Shown: positions 31,853 to 43,446, counted from the stretch's first letter. The stretch: DNA of 64,000 bases from Myxococcota bacterium (GCA_036229005.1 JAZAMN010000014.1:39785-103784); one strand, 5' to 3'. Program-made: numbers and translations. The notes: generated by a model from the sequence alone, not told the origin.

Positions 31853-34222
31853 ATGCGTCTGGTCATCACCGAGAAGCCCTCCGTCGCCCGCGATCTGGCC
31901 AAGGTCCTGGGGGTCGGGGGCAAGGCCCAGGGCCACCTGCGCGGTCAGGGCATGGCGATCGCGTGGTGTTTCGGGCACATGGCCGAGCTGGTCGACCCGG
32001 CGACCTACAACCCGGAGTGGAAGCGCTGGGACCCCGAGCGGCTGCCGATGCTGCCCGAGCAGTTCCAGATCCAGGCGCGCCAGGGGGCCGAGGAGCAGGT
32101 CGCAGTGCTCAAGCGTCTGCTGGCCGATCCCGAGTGCACCGAGGTCATCAACGCCTGCGATGCGGGGCGCGAGGGCGAGCTGATCTTCCGCTACGTGATG
32201 CAGCTCGCTGCGTGCGACAAGCCGGTTCAGCGCCTGTGGGTGAGCTCGATGACCGACAAGGCCATCAAGGCCGCCTGGGCCAAGCTGCGGCCGGGGCCGG
32301 ACTTCGATCCCCTGGCCGACGCCGCGCGCTGCCGGGCCGAGGCCGACTGGCTGGTGGGGCTGAACGCGACCCGGGCGATGACCTGCCTTGTGCGACAGGC
32401 CGGCGGGGGCCAGCTCCTCTCCATCGGGCGCGTGCAGACGCCCACCCTGGCGATGATCGTCGAGCGGGACCGGGCCATCGCGGAGTTCGTGCCCGAGGAC
32501 TTCTGGACCGTGAAGGCCCAGATCCAGGGGCAGGGGGAGGAGGCCGAGGGGCTGCGATTCCCTGCGGACTGGTTTGATCACCTCGCTGGCACCGAGAAGT
32601 CCGAAAAGGGCAAGAAGGATCCGGGTGATGACGAGGTGGACAAGGGTCCCTCGAACGACACCCGCCTCTCCTCCCCTGAGCAGGCTGAGCAGGTCGTGCA
32701 GGCTGCCGTGGGAAGACCGGGCAAGGTGCTCTCGGCCAGCCGGCGCAAGAAGGTGGAGCCGCCGCCGCTGCTTTATGACCTGACGGCGCTGCAGCGTAGG
32801 GCGAACCAGCGCTATGGGCTCAGCGCGCAGAAGACCCTGGAGATCGCGCAGGCGCTCTACGAGCGGCACAAGCTGATCACCTACCCGCGTACGGACGCGC
32901 GCTACCTGACGCCGGACCAGGCGGGGGAGCTGCCCGGGATCCTGCAGGCGCTGAGCGGGCTCTCGGTGTACGCGCCCTTTGCCCAGGGCATCCTGAACGC
33001 GGGGCCCATCCAGCCGGGCAAGCGGGTGATCAACGCGGCCGAGGTCGGCGACCACCACGCCATCCTGCCCACCGACCGGCAGCCCAACGCGGGGGCGCTC
33101 AACCCGGACGAGAAGCGCATCTACGACCTGGTCGCCCGGAGGCTGATGGCGGTGCTGTCGCCGGATGCGCACTTTGCTCTGGCCAAGCTGGTGGTCGTGG
33201 TCGACCCAGACCCAGAGGCGCCGCTGCCCGAGCACGTCAAGGCGCCGCTGCACTTCCGGGCCAAGGGGCGAATGCGGACGCAGGCGGGCTGGCAGGCCGT
33301 GGATCCCCCCAAGAAGCGCAAGGACACCGAGCTGCCCGTGCTGGCGGTCGAGGACCCCATCCACTGCGCCGAGGCCGAGGCCAAGAAGGGCCAGACGCGG
33401 CCGCCGCAGCCCCACAACGACGCCTCGATCCTCAAGGGTATGGAGACCGCGGGGCGGGACCTGGACGACGCGGCGCTCAAGCGGGTGATGCGCCAGTCTG
33501 GGCTTGGGACGCCGGCCACCCGGGCGAGCATCCTGGGCACCCTGGAGCGGCGCGGCTTTGTGCTGCGGGACGGCAAGCACCTGCGCAGCACGGAGCGCGG
33601 TCAGAACCTGATCAAGGCCGTCCCCATCGAGGAGCTCAAGTCCGCGGAGCTCACCGGACGCTGGGAGGCCAGGCTCTCCCAGGTGGCCGAGGGGAAGGAG
33701 CAGCGGGACCGCTTCATGGCTGACGTGCGCAACCGCACCGGCGAGATCGTGCAGGCCATCCTGGAGGCGGATCCGCCCGCAGCCGAGGACATCGAGGACG
33801 ACCGGCCCATCCTGGGGACCTGCCCGATCTGCGAGACCCCGGTGCGGGAGGGCAAGGGGGCCTACTCCTGCGCCAAGGGCCGGGCCTGCAGCTTCGTGAT
33901 CTTCAAGAAGGTGGCCAAGCGGCCGGTGTCCAAGCGCATGGTCGCGACCCTGCTCAAGGGGGAGAAGACCAAGGTGCTCAAGGGCTTCAAGTCCAAGAAG
34001 GGCAAGGACTTCGAGGCCGCACTCATGCTGGATCCGGAGGGCAAGGTGCGCTTTGACTTCCCGCCGCGGCAGGCTCCGGACCCGGCAACTGCGAAGGACC
34101 CCGCGGGCATGCGCTGCCCCAACTGCGGGAACGGCCGCATCATCCGGGGGCGCGCGGGCTGGGGCTGTGACCGCTGGCGCGAGGGCTGCGGGTGGAGGAG
34201 GATGGACGCCGACTCCAAGTGA
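31853..34222 (+). CDS. topB: DNA topoisomerase III
   Basis: ITEKPSVA, DAGREGE, SIGRVQTPTL, ITYPRTD (catalytic Tyr), GLGTPATRA, C-terminal zinc ribbons and GFKSKKGK repeat. Confidence 0.95.
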   Translation: MRLVITEKPSVARDLAKVLGVGGKAQGHLRGQGMAIAWCFGHMAELVDPATYNPEWKRWDPERLPMLPEQFQIQARQGAEEQVAVLKRLLADPECTEVINACDAGREGELIFRYVMQLAACDKPVQRLWVSSMTDKAIKAAWAKLRPGPDFDPLADAARCRAEADWLVGLNATRAMTCLVRQAGGGQLLSIGRVQTPTLAMIVERDRAIAEFVPEDFWTVKAQIQGQGEEAEGLRFPADWFDHLAGTEKSEKGKKDPGDDEVDKGPSNDTRLSSPEQAEQVVQAAVGRPGKVLSASRRKKVEPPPLLYDLTALQRRANQRYGLSAQKTLEIAQALYERHKLITYPRTDARYLTPDQAGELPGILQALSGLSVYAPFAQGILNAGPIQPGKRVINAAEVGDHHAILPTDRQPNAGALNPDEKRIYDLVARRLMAVLSPDAHFALAKLVVVVDPDPEAPLPEHVKAPLHFRAKGRMRTQAGWQAVDPPKKRKDTELPVLAVEDPIHCAEAEAKKGQTRPPQPHNDASILKGMETAGRDLDDAALKRVMRQSGLGTPATRASILGTLERRGFVLRDGKHLRSTERGQNLIKAVPIEELKSAELTGRWEARLSQVAEGKEQRDRFMADVRNRTGEIVQAILEADPPAAEDIEDDRPILGTCPICETPVREGKGAYSCAKGRACSFVIFKKVAKRPVSKRMVATLLKGEKTKVLKGFKSKKGKDFEAALMLDPEGKVRFDFPPRQAPDPATAKDPAGMRCPNCGNGRIIRGRAGWGCDRWREGCGWRRMDADSK

Positions 34223-34233
34223 GGGAGGCTCCC

Positions 34234-34530
34234 GTGTGTAGAAACATCAAGCGCCTGTACAACCTGGATCCCTGCGCCACCCGAGACGAGGTGCGGGAGA
34301 GCGCGCTGCAGTACGTGCGCAAGATCAGCGGGATGCGCACGCCGTCGCAGGCCAACCAAGAGGCCTTTGACCAGGCGGTGGAGGCCATCACAGAGATCGG
34401 CTGGCGCCTGCTGGACCAGGACCTGGAGACCCGCGCCGCCCCGCGAGACCGGGCCTTGGAGGCGGAAGCGGCGCGCAAGCGGGGGCAGCGGAGGGAGGCC
34501 CGGATGCGGGCGGAGCTGGCGGGCGACTGA
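34234..34530 (+). CDS. DUF2277 family protein
   Basis: MCRNIK.L.N..P.AT..EV...[18 protein letters not shown] before GTG 34234. Confidence 0.85.
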   Translation: MCRNIKRLYNLDPCATRDEVRESALQYVRKISGMRTPSQANQEAFDQAVEAITEIGWRLLDQDLETRAAPRDRALEAEAARKRGQRREARMRAELAGD

Positions 34531-34643
34531 AGGGCGTTGGCGAGGGGTGGGCTCGGGCGCTATCATCGGCGGGCTTGGCACCGAGGCCCCCGGAGACGCT
34601 CTCCGGCGCGGGCCTTCTCGTGTTTGCCCCTTCGAGGTTCCCC

Positions 34644-37600
34644 ATGCGCCGCCGTTCCACCCTCCTGCTGCCCTCCCTGCTCCTTGGTCTCTGCGCGATG
34701 CCCCGCGCCGCGAACGCCAGCGGGGTGATGTACAGCTCCAGCGGCTTCTGGTACGTGGACCACGGCGACTGCGGCACCTGGGCCAACCCGGACACCGGCT
34801 ACGGCTGGATGACCTACGACCCCTACGCCTACAGCACCTCGCCGGCGAGTGGCTGGGTGGACACGACCTACGCGGATCAGCAGTGGGTGCAGGTCACGCT
34901 GGAGTACGACCAGGGCGGCACCTCCTACTTCTGGGAGGCCAACGACGCCGACGGCGTGTGCGACTGGACGGTGGAGTACGAGGGCTACGGGGGCGCCGAC
35001 GCGCTGCACATCTTCTCGGTCGGGGACCTGGAGATCACGCGCTACACCTACACCAACGTCACGGTGCAGCGCAGCAGCGGCAGCACGGCCATCGACTATG
35101 CCGCCGCCACTCGCGTGTGGTTCGAGGTCTACAACACCGGCAGCACCGACATCGCCAACTTCCGGATGATGAACGCGCTGAACCCCGAGGTCGACTACGA
35201 CACCTACGGGCTGAACACCTCGGCCAACGACGTCGAGAACCTGGACACCAGCGACAGCTACGACGACTGGGCGGGGTCCGAGGGCAGCTCGGGCGTGACC
35301 ATCGGCTTCTCCCCCTGCGACGCCAGCGTGGGCGACCTGGGCTTCGCGTCCAACGACACCGACGCAGACGTGGCCCTGAGCGATCCGGGCGGCAGCAGCG
35401 CGGACAGCTCCCTGCACTACACCAGCGAGACGGTGGACATCGCGGCGGGGCAGGCCTTCTCCTTTGGCTTCTACGTGGGCGTGGGCTCCGAGGAGTCGGT
35501 CACCTCGCAGTACACCATCCTGGCGGCCACTGGCGGGACCTCGGCCGGCAACACCTGCACCGACTGCGACGACGACGGCGACGAGTTCACCGACGACTAC
35601 GAGTGCTGGGGCAACGACTGCGACGACACCGACGCCACCATCCACCCCGGCGCCACGGAGATCTGGTACGACGGCGTGGACCAGAACTGCGACGATGAGA
35701 GCGACTACGACGCGGACGGCGACGGCTTCGACTCCGATAGCTACGGCGGCACCGACTGCGACGACAGCGACAGCGCGGTCAACCTGACGGCCACGGAGAT
35801 CTGGTACGACGGCGTGGACCAGGACTGCGATGGGGCCAGCGACTACGACGCGGACGGGGACGGCGAGGACAGCGACGCCTACGGCGGCACCGACTGCGAC
35901 GACACCCTGAGCTACGTGAACAGCGCGGCCTCTGAGACCTGGTACGACGGCGTGGACCAGGACTGCGACGGGGCCAGCGACTACGACGCGGACGGGGACG
36001 GCGAGGACAGCGACGCCTACGGCGGCAGCGACTGTGACGACACCGACGCCACCGTGAACAGCTCCGGGACCGAGATCGACGCCAACGGCATCGACGAGGA
36101 CTGTGACGGCTATGACGGGGGCGTGGACACTGACGGCGATGGTCTGGACGACGACGACGAGGTCAACGTCCACGGCACCGACCCGGACAGCGCGGACACC
36201 GACGGCGACGGCCTGAGCGACGGGGACGAGGTCAACACCCACGGCACCGACCCCCTGGATGAAGACACCGATGGCGAGGGCCTGACGGATGGCGAGGAGG
36301 TCAACACCCACGGCACCGACCCCCTGGACCGGAACTCCGACGACGACGGGCTGAGCGACTACCGCGAGGTCACCGAGACCGGGACCGACCCGAACGACGC
36401 GGACAGCGACGACGACGGGCTCACCGACGGCGAGGAGGTCAAGACCCATGGGACCGACCCCAACGACGCGGACACCGACAGCGACGGCCTGGACGACGGG
36501 GAGGAGGTCGACACCTACGACACCGACCCCCTGGACAGCGACAGCGACGACGACGGCCTGAGCGACGGGGACGAGGTCAACACCCACGGCAGCGACCCCA
36601 ATGACCCCGACACCGACGACGACGGGCTGGGCGACGGCACCGAGGTCAACGACGTGGGCACGGACCCCACCGACGCGGACACCGACGACGACGGCTGCAG
36701 CGACTACGACGAATACGTATTGCACGGCAGCGACCCCACGGTGGCCGACACCGACGGGGACGGTCTGGACGACTGCGAGGAGATCGAGCTGGGGACCGAT
36801 CCCACCCGCGCGGACAGCGACGGCGACGGCCTGGACGATGGGGAGGAGGTCGACACCCACGGCAGCGACCCCACGGACAGCGACAGCGACGACGACGGCC
36901 TGGACGACGGCCGCGAGGTGGAGACCGGCACCGACTGCAACGACGCCGATAGCGACGACGACGGCCTCTCCGACAGCGAAGAGGTGGACTCGCTGGGCAC
37001 CGATCCCAGCGATGCGGACAGCGACGACGACGGCATCGAGGATGGGGACGAGTGTGACGTCCACGGCAGCGACCCCCTCGACCGAGACAGCGACGACGAC
37101 GGCCTGAGCGACGGCGACGAGGTCTACAACGGCACCGATCCCATCGACGACGACAGCGACGACGACGGGGTCTCGGACGCGGACGACGCGGACCCCACCG
37201 TGTGCGACATCGAGCCGGGTGAGGTCGACACGGACGGCGACGGCCTGAGCGACGTGGAGGAGGACGCGCTGGGCACCGATCCCAACGACGCGGACACCGA
37301 CGGCGACGGCCTGAGCGACGGGGACGAGGTCAACACCCACGGCACCGATCCCTACGACGCCGACAGCGACGACGACGGCCTGGACGACCGCGAGGAGACC
37401 GAGGACCACGGCACCGACCCTCTGGACAACGACAGCGACGGGGACCGCCTGACGGATGCGGAGGAGGTGGACTCCTACGGGACCGACCCCAACGACGCGG
37501 ACACGGACGGGGATGGGCTGAGTGATGGCTCGGAGGTCGACACCTACAACTGCGACCCCACCGATCCGGACAGCGACGGGGATGGGCTTGAGGATGGCGT

Positions 37601-38678
37601 CGAGGCCACCTCGACCGACACGGATCCTGCCGACTCGGACACCGATGACGACGGCCTGAGCGACGGCGAGGAGGTCAACGAGACCGGCTCTGACCCCAAG
37701 GATCCCGACTCGGACAACGGCGGAGTGGGTGACGGCGCGGAGCACGAGGCGGGCACCGACCTGGGCGACTGTCTGGACGACTCTCCGGTCGCAGACAGCG
37801 ATGGCGACGGCCTCAGCGACGATGACGAGGCCGCCTGGGGCAGCGATCCCGGCGTCGCGGACAGCGACGGCGACGGCCTGAGCGATGGGGAGGAGGTCGC
37901 TCTGGGCACCGACCCCACCGACACCGACTCGGACGACGACGGCCTGGATGACCGCGAGGAGGTCGAGGACCTGGGCACCGATCCCACCGACGCGGACTCC
38001 GACAACGACGCGCTCAGCGACGGCGAGGAGGTCAACGACCACGGCACCGATCCCCTGGTCGAGGACAGCGATGGCGACGGCCTGGGCGACGGCTCCGAGG
38101 TCGACACCTGGGAGACCGACCCCCTGGACGCTGACAGCGACGACGACGGCCTGGACGACGGGACCGAGTGCCAGGGCACCGACACCGACCCCAACGACTG
38201 GGACACCGATGACGGCGGCCGCAGCGACGGCGACGAGCTGAACACCGATGGCACGGACCCCTTGGATGGGGACGACGACCTGATGGACAGCGACGGGGAT
38301 GGCCTCACCGACTACGCCGAGGAGAACGTCCACGGCACGGACCCGCTGGATGACGACACCGACGACGACGGCCTGCAGGACGGCGAGGAGGTCCTGGAGA
38401 CCGGCACCGACCCCCTGGACCCGGACACCGATGAGGGCGGCGTCAACGACGGCGACGAGTGGGAGCGCGGCACCGACCCCTTCGACCCCAGCGACGACTT
38501 CCCCGCGGACACCGGAGACAGCGGCGGCGAGCTCGAGGACAGCGGCCTGGACGGCTACGAGTGGAAGGGCGGCGGCGGCTGCGGCTGCAGCACGGCCCCC
38601 GAGTCCAAGGACCTGCCTGGGATCGCGGGTGTTGTTGGGTTGTTGGCTGGGTTGATGTTGGTGAGGCGGCGGCGCTAG
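34644..38678 (+). CDS. Large surface protein: MopE-like metal-binding motifs, about 30 Ca-binding DxDGDGLxDGxE..GTDP repeats, MYXO-CTERM tail
   Basis: Signal peptide; four DCDD...E.WYDGVDQ.CD-type motifs; roughly 23-aa Asp-rich repeats; [15 protein letters not shown] terminus. Confidence 0.88.
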   Translation: MRRRSTLLLPSLLLGLCAMPRAANASGVMYSSSGFWYVDHGDCGTWANPDTGYGWMTYDPYAYSTSPASGWVDTTYADQQWVQVTLEYDQGGTSYFWEANDADGVCDWTVEYEGYGGADALHIFSVGDLEITRYTYTNVTVQRSSGSTAIDYAAATRVWFEVYNTGSTDIANFRMMNALNPEVDYDTYGLNTSANDVENLDTSDSYDDWAGSEGSSGVTIGFSPCDASVGDLGFASNDTDADVALSDPGGSSADSSLHYTSETVDIAAGQAFSFGFYVGVGSEESVTSQYTILAATGGTSAGNTCTDCDDDGDEFTDDYECWGNDCDDTDATIHPGATEIWYDGVDQNCDDESDYDADGDGFDSDSYGGTDCDDSDSAVNLTATEIWYDGVDQDCDGASDYDADGDGEDSDAYGGTDCDDTLSYVNSAASETWYDGVDQDCDGASDYDADGDGEDSDAYGGSDCDDTDATVNSSGTEIDANGIDEDCDGYDGGVDTDGDGLDDDDEVNVHGTDPDSADTDGDGLSDGDEVNTHGTDPLDEDTDGEGLTDGEEVNTHGTDPLDRNSDDDGLSDYREVTETGTDPNDADSDDDGLTDGEEVKTHGTDPNDADTDSDGLDDGEEVDTYDTDPLDSDSDDDGLSDGDEVNTHGSDPNDPDTDDDGLGDGTEVNDVGTDPTDADTDDDGCSDYDEYVLHGSDPTVADTDGDGLDDCEEIELGTDPTRADSDGDGLDDGEEVDTHGSDPTDSDSDDDGLDDGREVETGTDCNDADSDDDGLSDSEEVDSLGTDPSDADSDDDGIEDGDECDVHGSDPLDRDSDDDGLSDGDEVYNGTDPIDDDSDDDGVSDADDADPTVCDIEPGEVDTDGDGLSDVEEDALGTDPNDADTDGDGLSDGDEVNTHGTDPYDADSDDDGLDDREETEDHGTDPLDNDSDGDRLTDAEEVDSYGTDPNDADTDGDGLSDGSEVDTYNCDPTDPDSDGDGLEDGVEATSTDTDPADSDTDDDGLSDGEEVNETGSDPKDPDSDNGGVGDGAEHEAGTDLGDCLDDSPVADSDGDGLSDDDEAAWGSDPGVADSDGDGLSDGEEVALGTDPTDTDSDDDGLDDREEVEDLGTDPTDADSDNDALSDGEEVNDHGTDPLVEDSDGDGLGDGSEVDTWETDPLDADSDDDGLDDGTECQGTDTDPNDWDTDDGGRSDGDELNTDGTDPLDGDDDLMDSDGDGLTDYAEENVHGTDPLDDDTDDDGLQDGEEVLETGTDPLDPDTDEGGVNDGDEWERGTDPFDPSDDFPADTGDSGGELEDSGLDGYEWKGGGGCGCSTAPESKDLPGIAGVVGLLAGLMLVRRRR

Positions 38679-38706
38679 TCGCTTGCTCGGGCGGGGCTTG
38701 GGGGGG

Positions 38707-39360
38707 CTCGGGTATCAGGTCTCAGGTGTCGGGTGTCAGTTGTCAGTCAGGAACGCCGGGTTTCGGTTGTCTCGGCGACCGGCGACCGGCGACCGGGAAC
38801 CGGCATGACGCCGAGGTATTCTCGGGGCCAGGTGCCGTTGGCGGGCCAGGAGTTGTGGCCGACGGCTCACCAGCGCCGTCGCTGGTCTCGGGCATCAGGT
38901 CTCAGGTGTCGGGTATCGGGTGTCTGTAGTCGTCCAGGAACGCCGGGTTTCGGTTGTCTCGGCGACCGGCGACCGGCGACCGGGAACCGGCATGACGCCG
39001 AGGCGTTCATGGGGCCAGGTGCCGTTGGCGAGCCAGGAGTTGTGGCCGACCACCAGCGCTATCGCTGGTTTCGGGTATCAGGTCTCAGGTGTCGGGTGTC
39101 ATTTATCGGCCAGGAACGCCGTATTTCACTCGCCTCGGCGACTGGCGACCGGCGACCGGGAACCGGCATGACGCCGAGGTGTTCATGGGGCCAGGTGCCG
39201 TCGGCGAGCCAGGAATCGTTGGCTGCACGCGGTGCCGGTGCTCCCCCCGCCCCCAAGTCGGCTGCCCCAAAGGTCTCTCCCCGGCACCGCCGCCATCGCC
39301 GGTCCCCGGTCCCCGGTCGCCGCCCCCCCAAACGCCCTGATACCTGATACCTGATACCTG
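38707..39360. repeat. Structured tandem repeat array (3 x about 180 bp plus inverted partial motifs)
   Basis: Units start at 38707, 38887 and 39070. Internal heptamers GGTRTCR/GGTCTCA and GGCGACC. Inverted copies at 39298-39360. Confidence 0.9.
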
Positions 39361-39367
39361 AACCCCC

Positions 39368-39754
39368 TCAATACCGAGCCAGATACCGCCTCTCCATCGA
39401 CCACGCCTCAATGTCCGCGTCCTCGCCGACCCCTCCCGGCTCGCCATCTCTCCCGTAGGACCAGAGGTCGTAGGGCCCGTGCTCGCCGGGCATCCGGTAG
39501 CGGAAGGGCCGACGCCAGTAGTCCTTCGGGACCGCTCCGGAGTCGAAGTAGGGCCGCAGCCCGTCCAGGGTCTGGGGGTAGCGCCCGTGCTGGGCGTGGA
39601 AGTCCTCCAGCGCCTGCTCGATGGCCGAGATCTGGAGCTCCGTGGCGATGGCGTGCTGCTCTCCCCGGACCAGCGCGGCGTCCTCGTCGACCAGCGCGGC
39701 GGCGCCCACTCCGAGGGCGGCGCCCAGTCCCAGGAATGTCCAGAGCTGCTTCAT
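39368..39754 (-). CDS. Type II secretion GspG-like pseudopilin domain protein
   Basis: ALE.F....GRYP...GL, PKDYW.RPF.Y..PG, YDLWSYG.DG.PGG.GEDADI. Confidence 0.85.
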   Translation of the reverse strand: MKQLWTFLGLGAALGVGAAALVDEDAALVRGEQHAIATELQISAIEQALEDFHAQHGRYPQTLDGLRPYFDSGAVPKDYWRRPFRYRMPGEHGPYDLWSYGRDGEPGGVGEDADIEAWSMERRYLARY

Positions 39755-39796
39755 GCACTCAGGATGCCCGGCCCCGACCAGGGTCGCTGAGCTTTG

Positions 39797-42547
39797 TCAA
39801 GGCAATGTGAGGGCCCCCAGATCCCAGCGCCGAAGCTGCTTGTCCCAGCTCGCTGTGTAGAGCGTGTCCTCGCTGGTGACCAGATCGGCGATGCGTCCGG
39901 TGTGCAGGTGTGCCCGAGCGGTGAGCCCGGCGTTGAGGTCAAACACCAGCAGCTCCCCCTCGATCGTCCCCACGTAGACGTGCTTGTCGTCGACCTCGAG
40001 GGCGGTGGGGAGGGTGTCCAGCTCAAGGGTCAGGGGCGCGCTGTCCTGCCCGCGCCAGATGTACAAGGTCAGGCGGTCGGTGGCGGCCAAGGTCTGCCCG
40101 GTGGCGGAGATGGCGCCCAGGCCGGAGCCCTCCGGCAGGAGCACGCGCTGGGGGCCGTCCTCCCAAGGGGCCTGGGTGTCCCAGAGCGAGAAGAAGGGGC
40201 CGTCCCCGATCAGCGCCAGCCAGCGGCCGTCCGCGCTGCTGTGGGGGTGTCCGAGCAGCCAGCCCAGGGGCTGTACGCCGTCGCGAGTGTGCAGAGCGGC
40301 GCCGCCGTAGCTGGCGATGAGCTCCCGGCCGTCGGGGAGCACCATGAAGTCCCGGCCGCCGCGCCCGTCGAGCTCGGTCGCCACGCCGTCCTGAACGCGC
40401 CAGCGCCCGTGCATGGAGGTCATGGCGACGAGCCCTTCCCCGGAGCGCTCCTGTCGCACCCGCTTGACCACGCCCTGGACCACAAAGGTCTGCTCCAGGC
40501 CCTCGCGGCGCCAGACCCCCACGTGCCCATCTCCGGTCCCGAACACAGGCTGCCCCTGCTGATCCAGCTCCACGCTGGAGAGGCCTCCGCTGGCCACCAC
40601 AAAGGGCGGCTGCTCGGGGATCTGCCAGGTGTCCAGGCGCTCACCGACGGTCAGCAGCACGCCGGGCGAGGTGAAGGCGCCCTCGCGGCCCTCGGCGCTC
40701 ATCAAGGGGGCCAGATCGCTGACACGCAGCACCCGCAGAGGCCCGTTGAAGCACTGGACCAATACGTATCGCTCATCTTGTGACAGGCGCAGGCTGCGCA
40801 CGGGTGCGGCCTCCAGGAGCTCGTGCTCGGCCAGGACCTCGCCGCTCTGGCTCAGGCGCAGGATCTGCGCGTCCAGGGTGCCGACCAGCAGCTCTCCGCT
40901 CTCCAGGACGACCACATCGGCGGGTCGGAGCTCAGGCAGGGACAGGCGGCTGTGGACCTGGGTGCCCTGGCCAAAGACCAGCTCCCCGCGCTCACAGGCG
41001 GCGACCCAGCCCGCCCCAAGGCGCGTCACCCCGAGCACGCCCATCCCGGCGCTGCAGCTCACCTGGTGGCGCCTGAGGTCCGGAGCCAAGAGGAAGAGGA
41101 AGCTGCTCTGCGCGGCCGCGACCAGCATGCCGTCGGGGGGCGGGTGCAGGGCCTCGCCCGGGAAGGGGGAGGGGAGGTCGAGGGGCTGGAGGGTGCCCTC
41201 GGACTCCATCCACAACGCCCCGCCATCGTTGATGACCAGCGCACCCTGGGCTCCCCACCCCGCCGAGGTCACCCTTCCGTCAAAGCGGGTGAGCACCTGA
41301 CCATCCGGGGTGCGCCGCTCCAGCCCCTGGCTGTCGAAGCAGAGGATCTCGGTGCCCTCGGGGTTCACACGCACCTTCTCGCAGGCCAGGGGGCTGGAGC
41401 TCAGGCGCTGGGGCTGGCTGGCGCCCAGGGCCATGGCCACGCCGACCAGGCGGGGATCGGTGCCCAGCTCGGCGGCGGCCTCCAGCTCGGCGGCGGCGGC
41501 CTGCAGGCGGTGCTCGCGCAGGGCGGCCTCGGCGGCGCGTCCCATGGAGCTCAGGGCCAGGGCGCGGCTGGAGGCCTCGGCGTCCTCGGCCCGGTAGAAC
41601 TCGGAGAGTCCCCAGCCCGTGGCCAGCGCCACGAGCACCAGAGCCACCACGCCGACACTGCCGGCGCTGAGCAGCAGGGTGCGGTGCCCGCGGATCCAGA
41701 CCCGCAGGGCCTCGCCGGCGGTGTAGGTGTGGGCGTGCACCCGCTCGCCGGCCAGCCAGCGCTCCAGCTCCCGGGCCAGGACGCGGGCGCTGGGGTAGCG
41801 CTCGGCGGGCGCTTTGGCCGCGGCCTTCGCGGCGATGGCCCGGAGCTCCGGGAGCGCCAGCTCCCCGCAGATGTGCTTGAGGATGACCCCCAGGGCGTAC
41901 AGATCCGAGCGCGCATCCACCGGCTGTCCGGCGGCCTGCTCCGGGGAGGCGAAGCCCACCGTGCCCTCAAAGGGCTGCTCGCGCAGCGCGGCCTGCTCGT
42001 CCAGGGTGGTCGCCAGGCCCCAGTCCACGATCAGGCTCTCGCCGTCGGGGCCCAGCATCAGGTTGTCGGGCTTGAGGTCGCGGTGGATCACGCCCTGATC
42101 GTGGGCGTAGGCCAGGGCCTGCGTGATGGAGAGCAGGCGCGGGATCAGCGCGATGCGCCCGGGCCTATCCTTGGGGTCCAGGTCGGCCAGAACCTGCGAC
42201 AGGCTGCGACCGCGCACGAGGCGCATCGTGTACCAGAGGCTGCCGTCGGGATCCTCGCCCAGGTTGTGCACCGGGACGATCCCGGGGTGTCGCAGGCGGG
42301 CGGTCAAGCGGGCCTCGCGCAGCAGGCGGGCCCGCTGGGTGGGGTCGGTCAGGGTTTTGCGGGCGACCTGGCGCTGCAGCAGCGTGTCCTCGACGGCTTC
42401 CACCCGTCCCATGCCGCCTTGACCCACCAAGAGGCCGGAGCGGTATCGGCCCCCAGGTGTGGGCAGCTCCGGCGCCTCCTCCTCCCCTGCAGCAGAGCTC
42501 GAGCGGGCCGCCTGCGAGGGCCCGGCCTGATCCCAGGGGTCCGACAT
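39797..42547 (-). CDS. Transmembrane Ser/Thr kinase with WD40-like beta-propeller
   Basis: GQGGMGRV, HRDLKPDN, DWG; TM segment; C-terminal HTGRI...TASWDKQLRRW. Confidence 0.9.
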   Translation of the reverse strand: MSDPWDQAGPSQAARSSSAAGEEEAPELPTPGGRYRSGLLVGQGGMGRVEAVEDTLLQRQVARKTLTDPTQRARLLREARLTARLRHPGIVPVHNLGEDPDGSLWYTMRLVRGRSLSQVLADLDPKDRPGRIALIPRLLSITQALAYAHDQGVIHRDLKPDNLMLGPDGESLIVDWGLATTLDEQAALREQPFEGTVGFASPEQAAGQPVDARSDLYALGVILKHICGELALPELRAIAAKAAAKAPAERYPSARVLARELERWLAGERVHAHTYTAGEALRVWIRGHRTLLLSAGSVGVVALVLVALATGWGLSEFYRAEDAEASSRALALSSMGRAAEAALREHRLQAAAAELEAAAELGTDPRLVGVAMALGASQPQRLSSSPLACEKVRVNPEGTEILCFDSQGLERRTPDGQVLTRFDGRVTSAGWGAQGALVINDGGALWMESEGTLQPLDLPSPFPGEALHPPPDGMLVAAAQSSFLFLLAPDLRRHQVSCSAGMGVLGVTRLGAGWVAACERGELVFGQGTQVHSRLSLPELRPADVVVLESGELLVGTLDAQILRLSQSGEVLAEHELLEAAPVRSLRLSQDERYVLVQCFNGPLRVLRVSDLAPLMSAEGREGAFTSPGVLLTVGERLDTWQIPEQPPFVVASGGLSSVELDQQGQPVFGTGDGHVGVWRREGLEQTFVVQGVVKRVRQERSGEGLVAMTSMHGRWRVQDGVATELDGRGGRDFMVLPDGRELIASYGGAALHTRDGVQPLGWLLGHPHSSADGRWLALIGDGPFFSLWDTQAPWEDGPQRVLLPEGSGLGAISATGQTLAATDRLTLYIWRGQDSAPLTLELDTLPTALEVDDKHVYVGTIEGELLVFDLNAGLTARAHLHTGRIADLVTSEDTLYTASWDKQLRRWDLGALTLP

Positions 42548-43446
42548 CAGTCCTGGGCCACGGTGTCGGCGGGGTGCAGGAAGAGCTCGATCATGCCGTT
42601 GCCCATCGGGCGCACCAGGTCGGCGCGGATGCCGCCCTCACGCAGGGTGCCCCGCAGCCGCAGCAGGGCTCCGTCCAGGCGCTTGCGCAGGCGGGTGGGG
42701 GAGACGCGCTGGCCCCAGACGCCCTCGGCGAGCATGGTCCAGGAGACGGGGACGCCGAACTCGGCGAGCTCGGAGATGAGCTGCGCGGCGACGCCGTTGA
42801 TGACGACCGGATCCCCCACAGCGGGGAAGACGTGCACGGAGTCGTAGCGACACACCAGGCGCAGGCCCTCGCTCAGGCCGTCGTGGCGCTGGGTGGGGTG
42901 GGTGCCGTGCACGGGCCGGGCGCTGAGGGTGAAGCGCTGGCCGCTCAGGCTGAAGCTGTCGCCGGGTTGGAGGCTGCGGGTCTGGTCGCCGTGGGAGAGG
43001 CGCCAGTGGCCTCCGGAGGGCCAGAGCAGGGCGTCTGCGCCGCGGGCGGTGGCGTGGTCCAGGCGGGGCGGGGGGCCCAGGTGCAGGGAGACGGCGCCGG
43101 GGAGCACGGTGGACGACAGCCCAGGGCCCTCCAGGCAGATGACGGACTCGGGCAGGAGCAGGTCGACGACCTGCAGGGAGAGGCTGCGGGAGACGCCGAT
43201 GCGCGCGCCGATCTGGAGGGTGACGGTGTCCACCAGCTTGCCGCCGTGCTCCAGGCGACCGCGCAGGGCCAGGAGCTTGAGCTGGTCACCGCGCAGGCTG
43301 AGCAGGGCGTGGGCCTCGGACACGCAGGGGTCGTCCAGGCGGAGCGCGGCGGAGGCGGCCCGGCCGATGAGCTGCCCTGGGGTCAACCAGACCGCGGGTC
43401 CGTCGGGCGGCTTGAGGGCGGCGGCGACCAGGGCGGGGGGCGTCAT
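42547..43446 (-). CDS. FHA domain protein with C-terminal winged-helix-like domain
   Basis: IGR...LDDPCVSEAHA FHA motif; C-terminal LAEGVW...LDGALLRLRGTL; TGATG overlap with the kinase. Confidence 0.8.
   Translation of the reverse strand: MTPPALVAAALKPPDGPAVWLTPGQLIGRAASAALRLDDPCVSEAHALLSLRGDQLKLLALRGRLEHGGKLVDTVTLQIGARIGVSRSLSLQVVDLLLPESVICLEGPGLSSTVLPGAVSLHLGPPPRLDHATARGADALLWPSGGHWRLSHGDQTRSLQPGDSFSLSGQRFTLSARPVHGTHPTQRHDGLSEGLRLVCRYDSVHVFPAVGDPVVINGVAAQLISELAEFGVPVSWTMLAEGVWGQRVSPTRLRKRLDGALLRLRGTLREGGIRADLVRPMGNGMIELFLHPADTVAQD

Noticed and set aside
38707..39360. CRISPR array or coding ORFs in the repeat region
   Set aside because: Whole 180-bp units are repeated with no unique spacers and no cas genes. 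The ORFs there are low-complexity translations of the repeats.
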